A DNA stretch of 64,000 nt from Microgenomates group bacterium (GTDB lineage: Bacteria; Patescibacteriota; Microgenomatia; PFEM01; JBNASD01), in NCBI GenBank assembly GCA_049720225.1, contig JBNASD010000001.1, positions 293,217 to 357,216 on the forward strand, given 5' to 3'. The notes under the pieces were generated by a model. That model was not told the origin of the DNA. It saw only the letters and a program-made list of their open reading frames with translations, and made no database searches. The position numbers and the translations under genes are program-made. Position 1 is the first letter of the stretch; each line of letters starts with the position of its first letter. Of the stretch, positions 56,214 through 64,000 are shown piece after piece.

Positions 56214-56920
56214 ATTAAAAGCAAACCCGTTAAAATTAGAAGAAATTGAGAAATTGAATCTTTAAGGTTTTCTTTCTTATGAAGCTCGGGAATTAAATCC
56301 GTTCCAGCAATATATAAAAACCCTCCGGCAGCAAAAGGAATAAAGTAGAATAAAATTGAAGAAATTTTTTCCGCCAAAAATAAAACTACCACTGCTCCTA
56401 AAACCGCGGTTAAAGCGGAAAGAAAATTAAAAAACAATGCCTTTTTCTTTTTCATTCCTCCATAAAGCAAAACGGAAAAATCACCAATTTCCTGAGGAAT
56501 TTCATGAAAAATTACTGCTAATGTCGTACTTAATCCTAAAGAAAAGTTAGTTAAAAAAGCACTCGCAATAATCGCCCCGTCTAAAAAATTATGAAGGCTA
56601 TCACCTAAAAGATTTAAATACACAAAAGCATGCTCATCGCAATGTCCCAAATGACAATGACGCCAATGAAGAAATTTTTCTAAAATAAAAAACATTAAAA
56701 AAGAAATAGCGGTTAAAAGAAAAGTTTTTTCTCCTATTGTTTCAATTGATTCCGGTAAAAGATGAAAAAAAGCACTCCCTAAAAGCGCTCCGCAGGCAAA
56801 ACTTACCAAAAAAACCAAAAGGCGATTTAAAAATTTTTCCTGAAGACTAATAAAAAATATTCCTAAAAAAGAAATCAAACTTACTAAAATTACACTAGCA
56901 AAAATATAAATCTCTTTCAT
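56195..56920 (-). CDS. zupT: ZIP family metal (Zn/Fe) transporter
   Basis: It has 8 TM and the signature HEIPQEIGDF with a His-rich loop (HWRHCHLGHCDEH). Confidence 0.85.
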   Translation of the reverse strand: MKEIYIFASVILVSLISFLGIFFISLQEKFLNRLLVFLVSFACGALLGSAFFHLLPESIETIGEKTFLLTAISFLMFFILEKFLHWRHCHLGHCDEHAFVYLNLLGDSLHNFLDGAIIASAFLTNFSLGLSTTLAVIFHEIPQEIGDFSVLLYGGMKKKKALFFNFLSALTAVLGAVVVLFLAEKISSILFYFIPFAAGGFLYIAGTDLIPELHKKENLKDSISQFLLILTGLLLMWFLKD

Positions 56921-57756
56921 AATTTATTGTTTGTTAATAATAATTTTGCCTTTTCAACAGCCCGAGTTAATTTTTCTTTAGTAATTTTTCTTTTTTTAGA
57001 AAAATCAGCAATATTAATTTCTACTAGATCTTTAATTAAAATTATATTTTCTTCAAAAAGAGTTTTTACTATATAATCACTAAATTCAGGAAATACGGTA
57101 ATTGGATAAAGTTTTTGACGATCAATAATTGTTTCTAAACCTCCGCTTGGAGGATATTTCCATCCTAATAATTCCACCCCTACACACGATGAATAAGTAA
57201 TTGCCTGAGAAGAAAATTTGGTATTGGTAACTAGTAAGCTTTTTAACTGATGATTTCCCTTAAAAAATCCTCCTTTTTGAATATCTAAAAACCGAGCATA
57301 ATTTGCCAAAGCAATAGTTAAATCTACTTTTGTTCCCGGTAATTGGTGATATTTGCATTCCCCTATATATAAAATCCCCTCTTTTTCTGCTAAAAAATCA
57401 ATTTCGTAAGAAGTACAAAAACCTTTAATTATTTGATTTATTTTCACTTTGTAACCTTCTTCTTCTAAAATTCTTGCAATATATTTTTCAAAAGGATAAC
57501 CAGTAGGCCCCAATCGTCTTAGTCCTTCTTTGATATTAAAAGCCAAACTTGCCGGGGGGTGTTTTTGGTTTAGCAGTTGTAAAACGCGCTGAAAAATTAC
57601 TTTCGTTTTAATTCCGGAGTAAACTTCTTTTTGAATGGTATCGGCAATTTCTTTTGCGAGAATCTCATTAGCTCCTACCCGGCGAGCAGAATTAAAAACT
57701 TTTTGCCAAGAAAACGGTTCTTTTTCCCCTGCCCAATTAACTACCCAAATTCCCAT
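56917..57756 (-). CDS. ATP-cone domain fused to an Mrr-like PD-(D/E)xK restriction endonuclease domain
   Basis: The N-terminal roughly 90 aa is ATP-cone-like. Then comes FEKYIARILEEEGYKVKINQ...YEIDFLAEKEGILYIGECKYH (D...ExK). It overlaps the ZIP gene start by 4 nt. Confidence 0.6.
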   Translation of the reverse strand: MGIWVVNWAGEKEPFSWQKVFNSARRVGANEILAKEIADTIQKEVYSGIKTKVIFQRVLQLLNQKHPPASLAFNIKEGLRRLGPTGYPFEKYIARILEEEGYKVKINQIIKGFCTSYEIDFLAEKEGILYIGECKYHQLPGTKVDLTIALANYARFLDIQKGGFFKGNHQLKSLLVTNTKFSSQAITYSSCVGVELLGWKYPPSGGLETIIDRQKLYPITVFPEFSDYIVKTLFEENIILIKDLVEINIADFSKKRKITKEKLTRAVEKAKLLLTNNKL

Positions 57757-57772
57757 AAAAATATTTTACCTA

Positions 57773-58798
57773 TTAACTTTCTTTTTTTCCATTCAAATCA
57801 ACCAACCAATTTTTTCCCTCTGCATCCCGTAAGGTATTAATAAGAAGTCTTTTTAAAATTTCGGTAAAAGAAATTCCATAAAGATCCAAAATTGTGGAAA
57901 TGGCACAACTTAATTCCTTAGGGCCAAAAGCGGGATTGGAATTACAATCTAAAAAGAAATAACGGCCGGAAATATCTAATCTAACATCAAATTTTCCATA
58001 ATCCGCCATTCGGGTAACTTCGAACGCTTTTTTAACATACTCTTTTAAAAGGGGGTCATCGTATTTTTGATAATAAAATCTTTCTTTACCAATAAGATCT
58101 TCAAAACTAGCAAAAACATATTTTTTTTCTGGTTTATTAAAGACTTTTTCCCCGCAATAAACTTTTTTATTTAATCCTTCCAACAAAATAGCCGTAATTT
58201 CGCGACCAACAATAAATTCTTCCACTAACACTGGTTGTTCATAGGTAGTAATTAAAAATTTTAAGCGTTGGCGTAAATGTTTTTCGTTTTCCGAAACCGA
58301 ATCTTCGGTAATTTCTACTGCTCCATGAATTTCGTTTAGTTTAGAAATTAAAGGAAAACGCAAAGTAGGATCTAAAGGATCATCGGGCGTATTAAAAAGT
58401 TGATAATGAGGAACAGGAATGCCGTTTTGTTGTAAAAGTTTTTTTACTAAAAATTTATTGTAAGAAAGCGATTCCCCTAAAATTCCCGCTCCGGTATAAG
58501 GAATTTCTAAAAATTCTAAAATTGCCGGAATGGTTGAGGCTAAATATTCATTTCCTTTAACAGAACCCACTAAATTTAAAACTACCTGCGGTTTATCCTT
58601 TTTTAAACGAAAAGGTAAAGAAGTATTAGCAGGATACAAAAGCGGAGTAATTCCTAATTTTTTAAGATATTTGGCGACAACTTTTGCATCACGATAAGCA
58701 TCCTTTTCCGTTAAATACTGCGCCTCAGTAGGAAAATACTCCCGCTTAACATCGCTATAGATAATCCCCACTTTTTGGGGTAAAGAATAATTTCTCAT
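57773..58798 (-). CDS. D-alanine--D-alanine ligase family ATP-grasp protein
   Basis: It has an N-terminal Ddl-like pre-ATP-grasp domain. The ATP-grasp core is ...LVEEFIVGREITAILLEG...DVRLD..GRYFFLDCNSNPAFG. Confidence 0.6.
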   Translation of the reverse strand: MRNYSLPQKVGIIYSDVKREYFPTEAQYLTEKDAYRDAKVVAKYLKKLGITPLLYPANTSLPFRLKKDKPQVVLNLVGSVKGNEYLASTIPAILEFLEIPYTGAGILGESLSYNKFLVKKLLQQNGIPVPHYQLFNTPDDPLDPTLRFPLISKLNEIHGAVEITEDSVSENEKHLRQRLKFLITTYEQPVLVEEFIVGREITAILLEGLNKKVYCGEKVFNKPEKKYVFASFEDLIGKERFYYQKYDDPLLKEYVKKAFEVTRMADYGKFDVRLDISGRYFFLDCNSNPAFGPKELSCAISTILDLYGISFTEILKRLLINTLRDAEGKNWLVDLNGKKES

Positions 58799-58884
58799 TG
58801 AAATTCTTTTTTATTATATAAAAAAATAAATTTACTTCAAGGCTTTTCTTAAAATTTTAAAAACTTTTGATAAAATAAACTAAA

Positions 58885-59937
58885 ATGAAAAATTTTCTTT
58901 TCAAGAATAAAAAAATTTTTTGGGGAGTAGGAGGATTAATTTTAACTTTTTTACTCGTTTTCTTTTTAAAAATAAAACCCTCTCTCCAGTCCCCTGAAGA
59001 AAAATACCAAACCACCAAAGTAAGAAGAGGAAATCTTAAAATAACTGTTTCTGCTTCAGGAAAAATAGAGGCAGAAAAGCAGGTCACTCTTCGATTTCAA
59101 ACTGGAGGATTACTAAGTTGGGTAGGGGTAAGAAAGGGAGATAAAGTTAAAAAATGGCAAACAATTGCCTCTTTAGATACCCGAGAGTTAGAAAAAGACC
59201 TTAAAAAAAGACTCTTGGCTTATATGAATCAACGATGGGACTTTGAACAAACTCAAGATAATTATAATGTCCACGGAAAACCTTTAAACGAACTTATCTT
59301 AACTGAAGAAGAAAAAAGGATTTTAGAAAAAGCACAATTCAATCTCGATAGTACTGTTTTAGACGTAGAAATTAGAGATCTTTCGATAAAATTGGCAAAA
59401 TTAGTTTCTCCAATAGAGGGAATTGTTGTGGAAGCAGAACCTTCTTTACCTGGCGTAAATATTCTTCCTACTAACTCCTATTTCACCATTATCGATCCCT
59501 CGCAAATGAAATTTGTGGCGGATGTAGACGAAGTGGACATTGGAAAAGTAAAACTAGATCAAAAAGCAATTATTACTTTAGATGCTTACGAAAATCAGAC
59601 TTTTGAAGGAAAAGTCAAAAAAATCTCTTTTGCAGCAATTACAACCAAAGGAGGAGGAACCGCTTTTCCAGTAGAAATTTCTTTACCAGAAAACCATGAA
59701 GAAAAATTTAAATGGGGAATGAATGGGGATGTAGAAATTATTATCGAGGAAGTAGATAACGCATTAATAATTCCCTCCGAAGCTATAATCAAAAAAGAAG
59801 GAAAAAATTACGTAAAGGTATTGGAGAAGGGAAAAATTAAAGAAAAAGAAATCACTACCGGTTTGGAAACAGAAGAAGAAATAGAAATTCTTTCCGGCCT
59901 TCAGGAAGGAGATATAATTATCCTTTCAGAAAAGTAA
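58885..59937 (+). CDS. Efflux transporter periplasmic adaptor (HlyD/MacA family)
   Basis: It has an N-terminal TM, a coiled-coil hairpin, beta-barrel/lipoyl-like segments (ASGKIEAEKQVTL...IASLDTRELEKDL...), and a C-terminal domain. Confidence 0.75.
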   Translation: MKNFLFKNKKIFWGVGGLILTFLLVFFLKIKPSLQSPEEKYQTTKVRRGNLKITVSASGKIEAEKQVTLRFQTGGLLSWVGVRKGDKVKKWQTIASLDTRELEKDLKKRLLAYMNQRWDFEQTQDNYNVHGKPLNELILTEEEKRILEKAQFNLDSTVLDVEIRDLSIKLAKLVSPIEGIVVEAEPSLPGVNILPTNSYFTIIDPSQMKFVADVDEVDIGKVKLDQKAIITLDAYENQTFEGKVKKISFAAITTKGGGTAFPVEISLPENHEEKFKWGMNGDVEIIIEEVDNALIIPSEAIIKKEGKNYVKVLEKGKIKEKEITTGLETEEEIEILSGLQEGDIIILSEK

Positions 59938-61149
59938 ATGGAAATAAAAGAAGTATTTAAAATCGCCTTCGAAGCATTAAAAACAAATAAAATTCGTTCT
60001 GGATTAACCATGTTAGGAATTATTATCGGAGTAGCTTCTGTAATTCTTTTGGTCTCTATTGGAAGTGGACTAAAAACTTATATCACCCGTCAATTAGAAG
60101 ATTTAGGGGCAAATGCCTTGTTTGTTATGCCAGGAGAAATGGGAATAGCTACCAGTGGAGACAAAAAGGGAGGAATTCCCGGTGCTGGGGTAGCGAATTC
60201 TAAATTTACCGAAAAACATTTAAAAGATTTAAAAAAGAAGGGGAAAAATATTGCGTCAGTAATGGCTTATATTGAAAATAATGGAGTAATGAAATACAAA
60301 GGAAAAACTCATGTTACTCAAGTGGTAGGAGTCGGTCCCGAATATCCTGAAGTTCGCAATCAGAAAGTTAAAATTGGGTCGTTTTTTACTTCATCCCAAT
60401 ATAATTCTGCCAAAAAGGTAGCAGTTCTAGGAAAAACAGTAGCAAAAGAACTTTTTAATGATGAAAACCCGGTTGGAAAGAAAATTACAATTTCTAATCA
60501 ACGCTATACTGTTTTAGGAGTCTTAGAAGAAAAGGGAGCTTTTGGTTCAATCGATATGGATAATCAAGTATTTATTCCTGCGACCACCGCGATGCGTCAT
60601 TTTGAAATGGAAAAAATTCAATCATTTTGGGTTCAAGCCAAAGATAGTCAATCAGTAGAATTAGCTAAAAAAGAAATTGAGGAAATTTTGGGAAAAAGTT
60701 TGAAAGAGGAGGAGTTTTCGGTATTAGATACCAAAAGTCTTCTCCAAGTAATTGGAGATGTTTTAAATGTTTTAACCTTAGCTTTAACAGGAATTGCCGC
60801 TATTTCTTTATTAGTAGGAGGAATCGGAATTATGAATATTATGTTAGTTTCGGTTACCGAAAGAACTAGAGAAATTGGTTTAAGAAAAGCTTTAGGAGCT
60901 ACTTCTAAAATAATTTTATTTCAATTTCTTGTTGAAGCTATTACCCTTTCTTTAATTGGAGGAACTATTGGTATTTTAGGAGGAGTATTTCTTGCTCTTA
61001 TCTTGAATAGATTTTTTACCACCACCATTACTCCCTGGTCAATATTCCTTGCTTTTGGAGTATCTGCCTTAGTAGGAATCGTTTTTGGTGTTGCTCCGGC
61101 AGCCAAAGCCGCTAAACTTCACCCAATTGAAGCTTTAAGATATGAATAA
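59938..61149 (+). CDS. MacB-type ABC transporter permease (FtsX-like fold)
   Basis: It has an N-terminal TM (TMLGIIIGVASVILLVSIG), a large periplasmic domain, 3 C-terminal TM, and the terminal AKLHPIEALRYE. It abuts the adaptor gene stop. Confidence 0.8.
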   Translation: MEIKEVFKIAFEALKTNKIRSGLTMLGIIIGVASVILLVSIGSGLKTYITRQLEDLGANALFVMPGEMGIATSGDKKGGIPGAGVANSKFTEKHLKDLKKKGKNIASVMAYIENNGVMKYKGKTHVTQVVGVGPEYPEVRNQKVKIGSFFTSSQYNSAKKVAVLGKTVAKELFNDENPVGKKITISNQRYTVLGVLEEKGAFGSIDMDNQVFIPATTAMRHFEMEKIQSFWVQAKDSQSVELAKKEIEEILGKSLKEEEFSVLDTKSLLQVIGDVLNVLTLALTGIAAISLLVGGIGIMNIMLVSVTERTREIGLRKALGATSKIILFQFLVEAITLSLIGGTIGILGGVFLALILNRFFTTTITPWSIFLAFGVSALVGIVFGVAPAAKAAKLHPIEALRYE

Positions 61150-61152
61150 AGT

Positions 61153-61815
61153 TTATTTCACTAAAAGCTTTACCAACCAACCAAAGAGACTCTTGATTCG
61201 TTCTTTGGCCTGAATTTGTTTCTCTAGAGCAGTATTTTGTTCAATCATTGCCTGAATTGTTTCTTGAATTTGGTTTTGGTCGGCTTTATTGGCAATTTGA
61301 TTCCTTAATTGCTCCAGTTGTCTTATTCTTAATCTGTTTTGCTCAAGTTGAGCTTTAAGATTATTAATCGCCCGGTAGTTTGGGCCAATTACTCTTTCCA
61401 ACCAAGCCGGCCTTTGTTCAAGATTTCTAAATTCTTTTTCAATCTCTTGCTGAGCCTGTTTTTGTTCTTGAGCTACCTGTCTTATTTGTTGACCAATACC
61501 CCCCTTCGCTCCTTGAGTAGTTAACAGCTCCTCCACCGCCTTCGCCACCTCACTCATTCGTTCTCGAGCGGTTTCACTTCGGGGGGTAGCTAATTTCGGT
61601 TGACCGATAGCTTGATTGTTTTCTCCCTCATCTTCTCCCTCTTTTAATTGCTCTTGTTCTTGGGTATTAACCTGTAATTGCTGCTCCTCTCCTTGATTTC
61701 TGGTTTGAATTCGATTTTGGTTTTGTGTCTGACTGCTTTTGCTTTGACCAAAAATAATAGCTGGAAAAGCCAAAGTTAACACCAATAAACCTATTAGTAT
61801 TATTATTTTTTTCAT
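61153..61815 (-). CDS. Secreted Gln/Glu-rich coiled-coil protein
   Basis: It has a signal peptide, then Q/E/N-rich heptad repeats. A perfect SD (AAGGAGGTGA) sits upstream at 61820-61829. Confidence 0.45.
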   Translation of the reverse strand: MKKIIILIGLLVLTLAFPAIIFGQSKSSQTQNQNRIQTRNQGEEQQLQVNTQEQEQLKEGEDEGENNQAIGQPKLATPRSETARERMSEVAKAVEELLTTQGAKGGIGQQIRQVAQEQKQAQQEIEKEFRNLEQRPAWLERVIGPNYRAINNLKAQLEQNRLRIRQLEQLRNQIANKADQNQIQETIQAMIEQNTALEKQIQAKERIKSLFGWLVKLLVK

Positions 61816-61866
61816 TTTCTCACCTCCTTTCTATTTTTAAGAATAACATATTTTCATTTTTCTTTT

Positions 61867-62277
61867 TTATTGACTTATGTTTCTCCGAAATTCTGGATTT
61901 AACTGGATGTTTTGGGCAGTAACGCTACCATCAGAATTCTCCTGTCCAAAAACTGCTACTTTTTCCCCAACCTTTAATTCTTCTTTATCCACTTTTTCTG
62001 CCTTATTTATTTGCGTATTTTCCGAAAGAATGATAATTTTACTTGAACCATCGGTAAGTTTAACCGTAATTGATTTTTCATCGGCGGAAATAATTTCTCC
62101 CTGAACCGGCCGAAACCCACCCCTAAGTTGTCCCTGCCCACCTCTTACTCCTTGACCACTTCCAAACTGACGAAAAAAAGACGACCGACGGCTTTGCTGA
62201 TATTTCATCCCGGCAAAAAACCCAATTCCGCCGGCCAAAACAGCGACAGCGATAGTAACCATTAAATTATTTTTCAT
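61867..62277 (-). CDS. Small secreted/anchored protein with a Gly/Gln/Arg-rich segment
   Basis: It has an N-terminal TM and GSGQGVRGGQGQLRGGFRP followed by a beta-rich tail. A perfect SD sits at 62281-62290. Confidence 0.45.
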   Translation of the reverse strand: MKNNLMVTIAVAVLAGGIGFFAGMKYQQSRRSSFFRQFGSGQGVRGGQGQLRGGFRPVQGEIISADEKSITVKLTDGSSKIIILSENTQINKAEKVDKEELKVGEKVAVFGQENSDGSVTAQNIQLNPEFRRNISQ

Positions 62278-62289
62278 TTTTCACCTCCT

Positions 62290-63513
62290 TTACTCATACC
62301 TTAACGCCTCAATTGGCTCTAGTTTTGCCGCTTTTTGCGCCGGATACCAACCAAATAAAATTCCCACCGCGGTGGAAACGCCAAAGGCTAAAATTATTGC
62401 CGAAGGCGAAATTACAAAAGGCAAATCCATTATCCTTGAGAGAAATCCAAAAATTAAAATCCCCAATATTATTCCTAATAGACCTCCACTAAAAGTAATA
62501 ATTACCGCTTCGGTTAGAAATTGGGTGGTAATAATTTTTTTAGTAGCTCCCAAAGCTTTCCGTAATCCAATTTCTCTTGTCCTCTCGGTTACCGTCACCA
62601 ACATAATATTCATAATGCCAATTCCTCCAACCAATAAAGAAATAGCAGCAATTCCGGCTAAAAGATAGGTAAAAGTTTGAGTAACTTGAGTGGCGGTAGA
62701 TAAGATATCCGCCTGAGACATTATTTGAAAATCAGCCGAAGTTGGATCAGATAACCGATGACGCTCTAAAAGTAAATAGCCAATTTGATTTTGCGCTTCG
62801 GTCATTACCTCTTTACTTTTGGTCTCCACCGAAATTGAACTTAGATAATCCACACCAAAAACTATCTTTTGAGCAGTGGTTAAAGGAATAAAAACCCGGT
62901 CATCTTGATTAAAAAATCCTGTTCCTCCCTTACTTTTAGTGACTCCAATTACTTTAAAAGCAATTCGATTAATTCTTATTGTCTCACCAACCGGATTGGC
63001 TCCTTCGCCAAATAAATCAGTTACCACCTGAGGTCCCAAAACTGCCACCTTTGCGATTGTCTCGACATCTTTCTGAGAAATAGAAACGCCCTTTTCTATA
63101 TCTACTTTTCGAATTGAGAAATAAGTTGGTGTTACTCCATAAATTAAAGTATTAGTATTGCTTTTTCCCGCGGTCACCTGAGCATTACGATAAAATTCGG
63201 GAGAAACAGATTTAACGGTAGTTATTTGAGAAGATCTAACAATCGCTTGGGCATCTTCGTAAGTTAAAGTTGTTGCTCCCCCCATTGCTCCCCTAATTCC
63301 TCCCCGACTAATTCTTCCAGGATAAATTATTAATAAGTTTGACCCCAAAGATTCAATTTGACTTTCAATTAAATATTGAGAGGCCTTTCCTAAAGATAAA
63401 AGAGAAATCACACTGGCAATACCAATAACCACTCCCAAAGTTGCTAAACCGGTACGAACTTTATTAGCTTTAAAAGTATTAAGACTTTCGGAAATTAATT
63501 CTTTTATTTCCAT
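62290..63513 (-). CDS. MacB-type ABC transporter permease (second copy)
   Basis: It has the same architecture and the same C-terminal AKLEPIEALRYE as 59938..61149. Confidence 0.8.
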   Translation of the reverse strand: MEIKELISESLNTFKANKVRTGLATLGVVIGIASVISLLSLGKASQYLIESQIESLGSNLLIIYPGRISRGGIRGAMGGATTLTYEDAQAIVRSSQITTVKSVSPEFYRNAQVTAGKSNTNTLIYGVTPTYFSIRKVDIEKGVSISQKDVETIAKVAVLGPQVVTDLFGEGANPVGETIRINRIAFKVIGVTKSKGGTGFFNQDDRVFIPLTTAQKIVFGVDYLSSISVETKSKEVMTEAQNQIGYLLLERHRLSDPTSADFQIMSQADILSTATQVTQTFTYLLAGIAAISLLVGGIGIMNIMLVTVTERTREIGLRKALGATKKIITTQFLTEAVIITFSGGLLGIILGILIFGFLSRIMDLPFVISPSAIILAFGVSTAVGILFGWYPAQKAAKLEPIEALRYE

Positions 63514-64000
63514 AAGATTTTTTGTTTTCCATTAAGCTCATCTTTAATTATTTTTCCGTCCCGAAGAAGAATTTTTCTTTTGGCATATTGGGCGATATCT
63601 GGTTCGTGAGTAATCAAAACGATGGTATGGCCTTCTTTATTTAATTTTTGAAAGATTTTCATTATTTCTTCCGCCTGATTAGTAGCAATATTCCCCGTTG
63701 GTTCATCGGCTAATATAATTGCCGGATTCATGGCTAAAGCGCGGGCAATAGCTACTCGTTGTTGTTCTCCCCCGGAAAGTTGAGCAGGGGTATGATAAAT
63801 TCTTTTTTCCAACCCAACTGCTTTTAAAAGCTCTTTGGCTTTTTTTTCTCTTTCTTGGGGATTTACTCCTCCGTAAATCATAGGAATTATTACATTTCTT
63901 AAAGCATTTGTTCGGGGTAAAAGATTAAAAAACTGAAAAACAAAGCCAATTTTCTTATTGCGAATTTTTGCTAACTCTTCGTCGCTAAACTTGGCAGTAT
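63504..64000 (-). CDS. ABC transporter ATP-binding protein (MacB/LolD-type), C-terminal part; the gene continues past the window end
   Basis: It has the ABC signature [15 protein letters not shown] and Walker [10 protein letters not shown]. The Met at 63881 is internal. The same frame stays open upstream to the window edge, reading ...[29 protein letters not shown]..., the Q-loop region. Confidence 0.8.
   Translation of the reverse strand, partial: TAKFSDEELAKIRNKKIGFVFQFFNLLPRTNALRNVIIPMIYGGVNPQEREKKAKELLKAVGLEKRIYHTPAQLSGGEQQRVAIARALAMNPAIILADEPTGNIATNQAEEIMKIFQKLNKEGHTIVLITHEPDIAQYAKRKILLRDGKIIKDELNGKQKILWK

Noticed and set aside
3062-62668. Many short ORFs in the six-frame track lie wholly inside longer genes on the opposite strand or in another frame
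   Set aside because: Examples are 3062-3283, 10042-10329, 11304-11504, 12340-12567, 13461-13661, 19450-19716, 19933-20130, 20888-21160, 23011-23388, 23605-23802, 27098-27310, 33442-33666, 36406-36645, 37090-37296, 38104-38313, 39726-40073, 40689-40916, 41917-42129, 42609-42806, 43833-44021, 45141-45353, 46028-46216, 46243-46461, 47506-47688, 48564-48776, 49363-49548, 49918-50169, 50887-51096, 54253-54519, 55647-55889, 55886-56128, 57631-57840, 58857-59087, 59595-59792, 60921-61106, 61339-61524, 61877-62104 and 62372-62668. In each case the overlapping gene has a strong family signature and the short ORF has atypical composition, so they are treated as spurious.
63504-63881. ABC ATPase ORF starting at the Met at 63881, as listed in the track
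   Set aside because: The same frame remains open upstream to the window edge and encodes the Q-loop region of the ATPase. The Met is internal and the gene is truncated by the window.
1-64000. CRISPR arrays, rRNA genes, prophage or transposase genes
   Set aside because: I found no regularly spaced direct repeats and no rRNA-like conserved stretches. No integrase or transposase signatures were found in any frame. The only repeat noted is the 19-bp tandem duplication.

Overview
This is an AT-rich, densely coding bacterial chromosomal window that uses the standard genetic code. UGA and UAA both terminate genes; for example, the ybaK-like frame ends in a TGA that overlaps the gdhA ATG. I found about 80 protein genes, one tRNA-Tyr(GTA), and no rRNA or CRISPR array.

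The gene content looks like a small-genome anaerobic/fermentative organism of the Candidate Phyla Radiation (Patescibacteria) type. Phylum cannot be proven from the sequence alone. The supporting genes are:
- archaeal-type TyrRS next to tRNA-Tyr
- a fused tsaC-tsaE plus tsaD
- two-subunit 2-oxoacid:ferredoxin oxidoreductase, glutamate dehydrogenase, and desulfoferrodoxin
- many small secreted or membrane proteins of unknown function
- strong AAGGAGGTGA Shine-Dalgarno sites

The main blocks, in order:
- 1-10.8 kb: a long minus-strand operon-like run. It holds a partial mucin-like secreted protein, sortase, S8 subtilase, galE, a VanZ-like gene, an LTD-PEGA surface protein, NUDIX, a coiled-coil C39-like peptidase, ftsX, ftsE, and prfB.
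- 10.8-16.3 kb: a translation/t6A cluster with tsaC-tsaE, an M20 peptidase, tyrS, tRNA-Tyr, HIT, and tsaD.
- 17.3-25.8 kb: a split AmmeMemoRadiSam system. The radical SAM gene is at 17.3 kb and the Memo-AMMECR1 fusion is at 24.3 kb. Both carry predicted N-terminal membrane anchors.
- 26.7-40 kb: fermentative and redox genes (korAB, gdhA, nitroreductase, a B12-radical-SAM enzyme, desulfoferrodoxin), plus rsmA, a TruB-acylphosphatase fusion, and two RNHCP paralogs.
- 46.3-53.8 kb: an AT-richer accessory island. It holds a 19-bp perfect tandem duplication that splits a small membrane-protein gene, two unknown low-GC genes, and a 1152-aa Type IIG-like fused restriction-modification enzyme. The RM enzyme is translationally coupled to a RadC-N-like HhH protein. 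The island also holds a divergent DUF91/NucS-like nuclease, a small orphan ORF, and a SAM methyltransferase.
- 54.5-57.8 kb: a DsbA-like/DsbB-like pair, a ZIP transporter, a Cys-rich mini-protein, and an ATP-cone-Mrr nuclease.
- 58.9-64 kb: two convergent MacAB-type ABC modules. The terminal ATPase gene runs off the window end.

The most interesting candidates for something new are:
- the Type IIG/RadC-N/DUF91 island with its unknown membrane proteins
- the FtsEX-coupled coiled-coil C39 peptidase
- the sortase surface cluster with non-LPXTG anchors
- the membrane-tethered AmmeMemoRadiSam components
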